Below, piece after piece: positions 53,458 through 64,000 of a stretch of DNA of 64,000 nucleotides. The position numbers and the translations under genes were made by a program. Under the pieces are notes generated by a model that ran no database searches, had not been told where the DNA came from, and saw only the letters and a list, made by a program, of their open reading frames with translations. The stretch's first letter is position 1. The number at the start of each line of letters is the position of its first letter. This stretch comes from Eledone cirrhosa (lineage: Eukaryota), in NCBI GenBank assembly GCA_964016885.1, contig OZ024747.1:63240001-63304000 (forward strand), in the 5' to 3' direction.

Positions 53458-53756
53458 TAGCTGTAGTGGTTTCAGGACTTTACATATATACTTCTAGCTA
53501 TAACTAAATTATGTCTTTGGTCACACATATTTTCTCTTGTCGTTATATTATAATCGTGAAAATATATATATTTTTAAGCCTATAGATCTTTCATTGCAAA
53601 TTGAAAATAATTGTAGTGACAATATTTAATGGAGCGCCAATTATCTGGTAATAAAATCATAGCATCTTCTTTATATTGGCTCCCGGTTCAGGTGTAGCTA
53701 TGCTGAACAGCAAGCAATAGGAAGTTAGAGTCCAGTCAAGTAACATATATATATAT

Positions 53757-54386
53757 ATATAAACAAGGTTTAGTAAATAATGAAAAAGTTTCAAAATAAA
53801 TTTTAAAAAATTGACTTTACCTACTATAGTTACCTTTACCGATCGGTTTCGAATCCCAGAAATAAAACGGAGACCATACGGCCTTCGTTGCAAAGAGAGA
53901 TTCTCGTCAGAAGGTTCTTTTCATTCAAAGAATATAAAATTCCTGAATTTAAATCACAAACTAGCGCTATCAAAAACTGTTCCTGGGATGAGAGTGGATG
54001 GTGTAGAACAGGTTTATCAAGGGCCGTAGCAAAGATAGAGGCAAAAAGGTCAAACTAGCCACCGCTGTTGCCAGCAGCAGTTGGGATGACCCGGTTTGTT
54101 CTCAACGTTAGTGGAGGTAGTAGTAATATGAAATACGTCCCTTCACGCACAAGGCGCCAAGGTACGCATGTATTGTCCAACCAAGTGCCAATGTGGTTCA
54201 ATGGCGGGTTAATAACTATAGTAGGTAAAGTCAATTTTTTAAAATTTATTTTGAAACTTTTTCATTATTTACTAAACCTTGTTTATATTTGTTCTGGCTC
54301 GTTAATTTATTAACCCGCCATTTAACCACATTGGCACTTGGTTGGACAATACATGCGTACCTTGGCGCCTTGTGCGTGAAGGGACG

Positions 54387-54396
<10 letters not shown>
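53757..54396. repeat. Two interlocked inverted repeats (53757-53832/54213-54288 and ~54126-54215/54307-54396) in (TA)n
   Basis: Direct reverse-complement matches. Confidence 0.9.
53832..53915 (-). ncRNA. Type-I hammerhead ribozyme, intact core
   Basis: ACCTT-CTGACGA-GAATCTC..GGGATTC-GAAA-CCGATCGG-TA|AAGGT. Confidence 0.85.
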
Positions 54397-54438
<42 letters not shown>

Positions 54439-54470
54439 ATGTGTGTATAAATATGTATGCATATATGTAA

Positions 54471-54550
<80 letters not shown>

Positions 54551-54581
54551 AAATATGTATGCATATATGTATATATATATG

Positions 54582-54614
<33 letters not shown>

Positions 54615-54651
54615 ATATATGTATGTATGTATATAGTTATATGTATGTATG

Positions 54652-54684
<33 letters not shown>

Positions 54685-54691
54685 GTATATG

Positions 54692-54768
<77 letters not shown>

Positions 54769-54809
54769 GTATATATATATATATATATATACATATGTAT
54801 ATATATATA

Positions 54810-54875
<66 letters not shown>

Positions 54876-54975
54876 TATTGAAGTTTCCGTTGAAAATAGA
54901 AAAAGTCATAGGAGTGAAGAGTGCTCTATGTAAGTACCAGAGCAAAATTTAATGTATAATAAACAATACAATATA

Positions 54976-55053
54976 ATTACCTCATTACCAGAGGTTTCCC
55001 GAATAAGACGAATACGAAAGAAACGTCTTCATTCGTTCGTCGGACGAGGCAAT
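54976..55053 (-). ncRNA. Type-I hammerhead ribozyme, U4C core variant
   Basis: ATTGCCTCGT-CCGACGA-ACGAATGAAGACG..CGTCTTATTCGG-GAAA-CCTCTGG-TA|ATGAGGTAAT; 10-bp stem I with 2 GU pairs. Confidence 0.78.
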
Positions 55054-56279
55054 ATAAAACATAGTAAAATATTTGGAAAGTCTCCTCAAGAAATGCAAAA
55101 AAAATTATATATATATAGATAAAGGTAATACATATAAAATATATAAAAAATTTTTTTAAGAAATATAGTTAGGTGTGTGTATATGTATGTATATACACTC
55201 ACAGATGTACAAATGTGTGTGTATAGTGAAAATGTGTGCGTAAATATATGTATGAGGGCAAGTATATCTGTGTATGTGTAACCACAGACACAGACATGAT
55301 ATGAGTGTCTGGTTGACAGGTATACAGAAAAACAGGGTATTAGATACATTATAAGAATATGAAGGCACGCGTATAAACACACACACACGCGCGTACACCT
55401 ATATGCGGAAGAAAAAGAGGTAAGGGAGTGTAATAGTAAAAAGAAAGTATCATTCTCAATATATTTATAAAAATGGAATAATTTAGAAAGAAAAAATTGC
55501 AAAGTAAAGAAAAGAAAACAAACAAGGTACACGCGTACATACACACATACATCTATGAGAAACATATATCTATAAAAAATACATATATACACGCAATATG
55601 TGCTGACAAAAGTGTATGCAAGCATACATACACACACAGGATGCACATATATATATACATACACATCGCCCCATGTATATCTAATCACGCGTACGTACGC
55701 GACAGCATACACACACACACATACACACACATAAATATATATATATATATATATATACATACGCACACATACACATCCATACATGCAGTATGTACACACA
55801 CACATACATACACTTGCGCACGTTGACCCGCTTACATGCACACACATAAAAATAAGAATGTAAAAAAACATAGATGTAAAAACACAGATATAAAAACACA
55901 CATACATACACATATATATATACACGCATGCGTGCGCACATACGGAGGCGTTCGTGTACATATACAGAAAGTATACACACATAAAGACACTCAGACACAT
56001 AGATACTACAGGGTGTATAAACAGCCTTATGAATAAGTGAGTACAAATATAAAAATATAAAATTTTCTGCGAAATAACAGAAAATATCTGGAGTGGAAAA
56101 TGCAAGTGACTTGTGTAATCAGGTAGTGAAGAAAATAGGGAAGTAAAAGGTGGAAAGTGAAGATATTAGGTAAGTGAATCGGAGAATAAGGGGGGGGGGG
56201 GGTTAGTGGTGGATGTGAAGTAAAAATAATAATAAAAATAAAAATAAAAATAAAAATAAAATTAATAATAAGGTTAAAA

Positions 56280-56311
<32 letters not shown>

Positions 56312-56320
<9 letters not shown>

Positions 56321-57448
56321 TAAAAGGAAAAGAAAATGCTGACAAATTGTTCCCAGTGAAAAATAGTTTAATTAGGAATAAGTAAAAATTAGTAATAATA
56401 TTGGTTAGTATTCAGTTTTGGTTATAAGTTTTACCGGTTGCGCATTTCTAATGCTTTTCAAAAATAATTTTGAGATAGAGCGCTCGTGATGTTTGCTCTA
56501 ATCTGATTAGTTTTGGAAATTCTACCTGTTTTATGTAAAAAAAGTGGCTCCAGATGTATGAAAAAATTCTTGTGGTCAAAACAATTTTGATTGGTCGGTA
56601 GAGGTCATGTGAATGTTAAAAATTGATTTTGTCTCGACTGATTGAGAAGTCACTGAAAAATAAGTCTTCGAGGCAAGAGGCCACGTATAAACGGCAGCCT
56701 CTGCTCCAGCCGGGCATATGAAGCTTTAAGAGAAAGAGCAAGAAAGACAGACGACGGAAACAGTTATTCCCCCCTCCCCGGTAGTAACGTTCTGTTGTGG
56801 ATGTTGTGGGTAAAAGAAAAAAATATATATTTTTACCAACATAGCTAACACAACAGAACCCAGGGAAGGATTTTTTTGAGAATAAGAAAAACCGAAACAA
56901 AAGGATATGGTCAAATTCAGGCGGATTTCATCTTGATGATGCTCGTAATTTAACCATCGGATGGCTGAAGGAAGACAGGGTGAGGGAACGATTGTTGAGG
57001 AAGGATAATGGAATTAAAGCTTCATAGCCCGGCTGGAGCAGAGGCTGCCGTTTATACGTGGCCTCTTGCCTCGATGACTTATTTTTCAGTGACTTCTCAA
57101 TCAGCCGAGACTAACCTACATTTGGCACAAAATCAATTTTTAACATTCACATGACCTCTACCGACCAATCAAAATTGTTTTGACCACAAGAATTTTTTCA
57201 TACATCTGGAGCCACTTTTTTTACATAAAACAGGTAGAATTTCCAAAACTAATCAGATTAGAGCAAACATCACAGGCGCTCTATCTCAAAATTATTTTTT
57301 GAAAAGCATTAAAAATGCGCAACCGGTAAAACTTAAAACCAAAACTGAATACTAACCAATACTATTACTAATTTTTACTTATTCCTAATTAAACTATTTT
57401 TCACTGGGAACAATTTGTCAGCATTTTCTTTTCCTTTTACCAATATAT
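56312..57448. repeat. Inverted repeat, ~420-bp arms (56312-56729 / 57014-57448), in (TA)n
   Basis: Reverse-complement match with a few substitutions and a ~15-nt indel; probably PLE-derived. Confidence 0.92.
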
Positions 57449-57892
57449 CATAACTTGTGTGTTACACCTCTATTCTTTTAAATATATATATATATATATA
57501 TTAAAGGTTAATTAATCTCTAATATCCAAATATCTCAATGAAAGAAATCTTCCAGAAGCAATATTATATATTAAAATTAAATAAGAGAAAAAAATCTAAT
57601 TCTGGGAGTATAAAGAAGCTAGATGAAAACATTTTTCCATCTAACTTCGCTTATATATAGATCTCCATATCATGGTTTCATATGGGGAAAATGATCTTAG
57701 AATGTGTGCACAACAATATAGTAAATGAAGTTGATTAGTGCAGCATTGTTATAAAAGATTGCCTGTCGGCGATGGTAATGACAGCAACAACGATGGTATA
57801 GATGACAATGATCACGATGATGATGATGATATTTTTTTCATGTCACCAGCACGACCAGCTTTCACTTATGTCTTGTCACCAACACATAAGTG

Positions 57893-57953
<61 letters not shown>

Positions 57954-58321
57954 TAGCTGTAGTGGTTTCAGGACTTTACATATATACTTCTAGCTATAAC
58001 TAAATTATGTCTTTGGTCACACATATTTTTTCTTGTCGTTATATTATAATCGTGAAAATATATATATTTTTAGGCCTATAGATCTTTCATTGCAAATTGA
58101 AAATAATTGTAGTGACAATATTTAATGGAGCGCCAATTATCTGGTAATAAAATCATAGCATCTTCTTTATATTGGCTCCCGGTTAAGGTGTAGCTATGCT
58201 GTTTGCTTTCTTCAGTTTCATGATATAAGAAGACTCCAGTGTTACTTTACAGCTGAACAGCTAGCAATAGGAAGTTAGAGTCCAGTCAAATGATATATAT
58301 ATATATAAATTTATATGATTA

Positions 58322-58451
58322 TGAGTAAACTGGAGCAATGTGAAATAAAGTGTCTTGCTCAAGGAAACAACACATGACCCGGTCTGAGAATTGAACTGAC
58401 AACCTTTCGATTGCAAGGCCAATGCTCTAACCACTAAGCCATGTGCCTCCA
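58322..58451 (-). mobile_element. SINE family B 5' half
   Basis: Nearly identical to 12757-12886. Confidence 0.85.
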
Positions 58452-58511
58452 TACATACATATATATATGTATATATATGTATGTATGTATATATCTATAT
58501 ATATATATATG

Positions 58512-58824
58512 TAATATAAGATCAAAAGATGGTTAAAGGAGTTCCATGTATTTTATTATGCGCATTTCAAAAACAAACATCATCATGCAATAATATTTGT
58601 GTTTTCATCAGATAAAACAGGAGAACATGATATGAAGGCTAAAAAACACTTGTGGATAGTGCAGTTTTAAATCAACATATCCACAAGTGTTTTTTAGCCT
58701 TCATATCATGTTCTCCTGTTTTATCTGATGAAAACACAAATATTATTGCATGATGATGTTTGTTTTTGAAATGCGCATAATAAAATACATGGAACTCCTT
58801 TAACCATCTTTTGATCTTATATTA
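58512..58824. repeat. Palindrome, 147-bp arms with 19-nt spacer, each arm carrying a hammerhead
   Basis: 58512-58658 mirrors 58678-58824 with no mismatch seen by eye. Confidence 0.93.
58717..58787 (+). ncRNA. Type-I minimal hammerhead ribozyme, intact core (identical copy on minus strand 58549-58619)
   Basis: TGTTTTAT-CTGATGA-AAACACAAATATTATT gcat GATGATGTTTGTTTTT-GAAA-TGCGCA-TA|ATAAAATA. Confidence 0.85.
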
Positions 58825-59101
58825 TGCATACTCCAGTCCTACAAACTGTAGAGTGCTTCTTATCCGATATCTGCATTGCGTTTTCAAGTCGCTGGCTGGA
58901 CTAAAAAGTCACACTTGTTTAGCACATCGGTAGGGGTTCTCCTACAAGGATATAAAGTAGTGGCCGTACTCGAAAACGAGTTGGCAGCCACCATATATAT
59001 ATATATATATAAATATATATATATGTATGTATATATATATATAAATATATATATATATGTATATATATATATAAATATATATATATGTATATATATATAT
59101 G

Positions 59102-59171
<70 letters not shown>

Positions 59172-59341
59172 CATATGTATGCATGTATGTGAACCAAAGT
59201 ATCGTCTTCCTGTCTTCCTCGGGTTGCAACGTTTTTTGAAATATCCACTTCTGCGTTTACAGATTGACTTTGTTGGTTTCAGAAGATCCCGTTAAGGGTG
59301 AAAGCAGCGATTCTTTGCTTAAACTTTAATCTGTTATTTTA

Positions 59342-59372
<31 letters not shown>

Positions 59373-59477
59373 GGTAGAAGTTAATATGTCCAGGGATACT
59401 AGGTACCCCTAGAAATACATAGGTTGTCTATGATTCAAGTTTGTTCAATGGTGTTAATTTGATACACCAGAACTTTA

Positions 59478-59780
59478 ATATTAAGATAAGCAGAACAAGT
59501 AAAATTCAATCAATTTTTCAAAATACATTAAAAAATATAATATAAATATTTACCTCTTCTAGTGGCCCTTACTGATCAGTTTCGCTTTGTAAAACCTCAT
59601 AAATCCGATGGATTTATGATGGAAAACCAAAGCTCATCAGAGAAGCATTTTCCCTTCCTAGGGCTAAACGTCCCAGGAACGACAAAATAGTAAGGGCCAC
59701 TAGAAGAGGTAAATATTTATATTATATTTTTTAATGTATTTTGAAAAATTGATTGAATTTTACTTGTTCTGCTTATCTTA

Positions 59781-59784
<4 letters not shown>
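59478..59784. repeat. Inverted repeat, 96-bp arms (59478-59573 / 59689-59784)
   Basis: Reverse complement with no mismatch seen by eye; ends in (TA)n. Confidence 0.92.
59565..59646 (-). ncRNA. Type-I hammerhead ribozyme, intact core
   Basis: GCTTCT-CTGATGA-GCTTTG..(TCATAAATCC atc GGATTTATGA)..CAAAGC-GAAA-CTGATCAG-TA|AGGGC. Confidence 0.83.
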
Positions 59785-59811
<27 letters not shown>

Positions 59812-60299
59812 CACACCACCTTCACCACTAATTGATATGACAGATGTCTTTAACTCATTGATACCAAAAATTATTTGGTCAGTAGTTTGTGTGTATGTGT
59901 AAGTATATATATATAATAATAATAATAATTGTTTCTACTTTTGGCACAAGGCCAGCAAAAACCCAGTGTATTACTGGCACTTTATTTTATCATAATAGAT
60001 GTGAAAACTAAAATCCAAAGAGGGGTCGATAAGGATAACTATATATTAAATATATAAGAACCCTAGAGCAAATATTTATTAAAATAACAGATTAAAGTTT
60101 AAGCTAAGAATTGGTGCTTTTACCCTTAATAGGATCTTCTGAAACTGCAGAAGATCCTGTTAAGGGTGAAAGGGTGAAATATTAATTCCCCAAATGCTTT
60201 GCTTAATTGTTTAATTATTTAAAAAAAAATTTATTCTTTCTCTTATACTTCAGGTATTTTTTTAAAGTAAAGCATTGGTACTTAAAATACTACAGTGGG

Positions 60300-60377
60300 C
60301 TCCTGCAATGCTACTGAGGTCCCCTGCAATGCTACTGAGGTCCCCTGCAATGCTACTGAGGTCCCCTGCAATGCTAC
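60300..60377. repeat. 21-bp tandem repeat CCCCTGCAATGCTACTGAGGT, ~4 copies
   Basis: Direct reading. Confidence 0.9.
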
Positions 60378-60455
60378 CATAGGCCCCCTGGGTACACTTG
60401 CCATTTAGCAACCTGGCCAGTCCACCACTGTATGCATCTAAAAGTCTAAAGTCTG

Positions 60456-60722
60456 TCTTAAGCCAGAAGGCTCATTTGGCCGGTACTTATCCCGGTTTCA
60501 TGGCGTGAAGCGACTGAGAGTACAAGAGTCCCCCCTGGACAGGACGCCAGTCCATCGTAGGGTTAAACATCCAGCTATTGCTGGTACTCATTTTCAGCTG
60601 AGTGTACTGGAGCAACGTGAAATGAAGTGTTTTGCTCAAGAACACAACACACAGCCCAGGAATCGAACCCATGACATTATGATCGTAAGTCCAACACACT
60701 TACCACTAGGCCATGTGCCTCC
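60456..60722 (-). mobile_element. tRNA-head SINE, family B variant with a different tail
   Basis: Minus: GGAGGCACATGGCCTAGTGGTAAG..GGTTCGATTCC..TTGTGTTCTTGAGCAAAACACTT..ATGGACTGGCGTCCTGTCCAGGGG. Confidence 0.88.
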
Positions 60723-60816
60723 ACTGTATGCATATATATATATATATGTGTGTATGTGTGTCTGTATGTATGTATATATATATATATATATATATGTGTG
60801 TATGTGTGTCTGTATG

Positions 60817-60885
<69 letters not shown>

Positions 60886-61074
60886 GGTTAATTAGTCTCT
60901 AATATCCAAATATCTCAATGAAAGAAATATTCCAGAAGAAATATTATATATTAAAATTAAATAAGAAAAAAAATCTAATTCTGGGTGTATAAAGAAGCTA
61001 GATGAAAACATTTTTCCATCTAACTTCGCTTATATATAGAACTCCCTACCATGGTTTCATATGGGGAGGAATTA

Positions 61075-61138
61075 TTATTGGAACAACTGGTAATTCAAGA
61101 ATCTGCCATACTCCTTAGGAGAGTTGAATTCTTCAAAT
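61075..61138 (-). CDS. Candidate short terminal exon (R)FEEFNSPKEYGRFLNYQLFQ*
   Basis: Strong acceptor TCTTGTTCCATTTCTCTTAG|; phase 2 is the longest open frame. Confidence 0.3.
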
Positions 61139-61756
61139 CTAAGAGAAATGGAACAAGATATAATACATAATGTCTGCAAAACCGAGGCAGCATGGTGATA
61201 TAACACCTGTAGAGTTACATTCTTAAATCTCTTAAGATATAATGACTACTTGACAGGCATATAATGTCGCTAGAAATAGCAGCCTAAAGACCATCTAGTA
61301 CAGCTCAACAAATTTCTGAGCACCTTAAATTCAAAACAAAAATGGTTTTAAGACTTCAAACTGTTGTATTTATGCACAAACAATCTGTTTAATTTATGTC
61401 CAGTGTTTCAGCGTTATTATGTAGAATCAGGTTACTTATTGATGTAGTGGAGTGCTACATCAAGTATTATTGGGTGAATGAAAGTAGTAACTTTTTGATG
61501 TAATATTTGCTCTGAGTTCACTTAAATGTCTAAAATAATGTTCTTATACAAGTAGAGTTATATGCTGCCATCTGAGTAGTTTACTGTAATAATTCTCATA
61601 TTTTGAGCTGCAATATCTTCTTCACCTAACCTTATCTGTTTTCTTATTTAAAAACGATTTATTTAAAAACGATATATATCATAGATTGAGTTAAAAACAA
61701 TTCTTTTACAATTAAATAGCTCAAGGAAGGGAATCTTTCCGAGCCGTGTAATACAA

Positions 61757-61917
61757 TTGAATATATGAGAGGGATGAACGCAGATACAAGTATACATGTG
61801 TTCGAATTGCAAATGACCAAGTTAGCTAGGTTGAAAAAATACTAATTCAAAACAATATGGTTTGCAATTCGAACACATGTATTCTTGTATCGGTGTTCAT
61901 CCCTCTCACATATTCAA
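61757..61917. repeat. Diverged inverted repeat, 57-bp arms (61757-61813 / 61861-61917), next to (TA)n
   Basis: Reverse complement with several mismatches. Confidence 0.8.
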
Positions 61918-61927
61918 ATATATATAT

Positions 61928-61991
<64 letters not shown>

Positions 61992-64000
61992 TTGCTAGCT
62001 GGGAATGTAAACGTTAAAATGACAATGATGAGGATATATATATATATTAGAAAAATGGTTCTCCGAGACCCAGGTCACATCTATTCATTTGCAATTCCAG
62101 ATTTTCCCAATTCCACCTGTTTTTGAATTGTTATTGAATAATCTTTCATTCAAGCAACATATTAACAAGAACAAGCTTCTGAAGCCCTAATAATTATATA
62201 GTTTCAAACTTGATTAAATTTGAAGTGAAGCAGCAGGTTTCTGTGAAAGTTTAATCCATAATCACCATATAGTTGGATATATTGATATTTCATTCGATAT
62301 ATATAAAATGAATAGTATTTGTTCCCAGTTGGGTTAAACGTCCTCCATAGGGATTTGAAATTCCTTCTCTGGGAGCCAAGTGCCTGCCATTTTGAGAATT
62401 GTTGTATTAGATACTCATAGCTTTTCTGCTAATTCTATTCGAATATTTAAAACTTTATTTATTGTCTTGTAGCTTAAAAATAGTATAATCAATATGTATT
62501 CTCCATTTATTATTAATATACATTCTTCTGTTACTTTGAACACTAATATCTAGATCTTATACATATATATATGTATATGTCTATATATATATATATATGC
62601 ATACATATACACAAACACATACACACACACACAAACACACACATACACACACACACACATATATATATATACTTACATACTTCATTTTTTGCATTAATGT
62701 CACAAAAGCAGTTATTTATTTCTAGAATTGCTATTATTTATTCAGCTCTACCTTTCATCATTCCCTTACTTATGTAATACCAACTTTAAAAGAATACATC
62801 TCGGATATTTTCAGACAAGTTCTCTTTGGCTTTTAGGGAAGTATTTTGGCCTCAGCACAAATATATTTCAGTTATGGATACTTGAACTTTTCTTGTTTTT
62901 ATATTTATTTGGAGGGGATGCCAGCCTCTTAGTGTCTAAATACATACAAACTTTCTTCAAAATAATCCTCTTATATTCATGTCTACTTTCTTCCTTTATT
63001 CAGCTTCTACACATTAACCATGTCATATCATGAAGCTACAATGATCTATGTTAAAACAGAATACATTCTCTGTAAGACAATGTGAAATAGTGTTCAAGTA
63101 GCTAAATTTAGTGTGATACAAGTTATTTCTACAAGCTATGAAATATGTTTACATAGCTCTAGCAATGTAAATACTTAGCTTTGCAGAACAATTTATATTT
63201 TTGGAACTATTTCTGGTACAAATAGTTTCAAAATAAATATGAGTTTAATAAGAAGCATTCGTACTGATTAATGCCTTGACTATAGACATCTCTATTCAGC
63301 TCCAAATGTCCTGTACCACCTGAGATAGCAAAATATTTTTGAAAAGTATAAATCAGCCCTATGACTGTATTACATTAAACATTAACCCTTTAGTTACCAA
63401 TTTGGCTAAAACTGGCTCTGGTTCTATGGAATAACAACGACCCATTTTAAATCAAAATCTTCCAACATAACTTTATATTATAACCTTGGTGGATCCGCTG
63501 GAAGGAATGTTTGAGGAGTCTTCCCTCATTATCCTCTCAGGAATAAGTGGGTGAAGAAGAAGAATCTTACATTAACTTACTATCTTAGTAATGAAAAAAT
63601 TAATAATTTTAGTAAATCCCTCAAAATTCTTCATTAATTAATTAAAACAGAGTGCATTTTAGGAGAAATGCTGTCTTGAAAGGGTTAATGTCCTTTCTAA
63701 TATTACAAATTTTCACAACGATTTAGATGGTAAAGATAATCTAAACATTTTAATTTACAATCCTGTTTGTTAGACACTTTCTGCTATTATTAAATCATGT
63801 TAAGAGTTATGACTACAGCTGGAAATATACTTTATGTTGTATAATCAGAGCCAACGTTATTGCTTTGGCCATAAACTAGGCTGCTATCACCCACAATTCA
63901 GAAGAGAAGATGTTTACATCTTTTAACTACCAAACTACATTTAACCCTTTAGTATTTAAACCGACCATATCTGGCCAGAATTCTCTCACTTCTTTCTGCT

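Larger units (their letters stand above)
59277..60171. repeat. Short pLTR-like module 59277-59349, inverted at 60072-60144, partial hairpin copy to 60171; another copy at 34932-34988
   Basis: CAGAAGATCCCGTTAAGGGTGAAAGCAGCGATTCTTTGCTTAAACTTTAATCTGTTATTTTAATAAATATA then (TA)n. Confidence 0.75.

Overview
AT-rich, microsatellite-saturated metazoan nuclear DNA. The SINE families and (TA)n/(CA)n/(GAT)n landscape resemble octopus or another cephalopod (inference). Nearly all ORF-track calls are microsatellite artefacts. Retroelement content: tRNA-head SINEs, RTE-clade LINE fragments, an R4/Dong-type RLE retrotransposon in (TAA)n, a Tx1-like 3' end, a Gypsy integrase scrap and a Penelope-like (PLE) GIY-YIG fragment. 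DNA elements: non-autonomous Helitrons and hAT-like MITEs. Four signals stand out. (1) About a dozen type-I hammerhead ribozyme (HHR) motifs of several families, nearly all in short modules inserted in (TA)n tracts and often folded into large inverted repeats. (2) In some modules the inverted arm ends within a few nt of the predicted HHR cleavage site. (3) A tandem duplication (53.1-61.1 kb) whose two (TA)n cores were independently filled with different HHR/PLE/SINE stacks. (4) A probable minus-strand terminal coding exon made of a PAPGLT hexapeptide repeat ending RTSPV*, plus a speculative series of short phase-2 alternative last exons, several ending in PDZ-ligand-like motifs. All structures were read by eye; coordinates may be off by a few nt.
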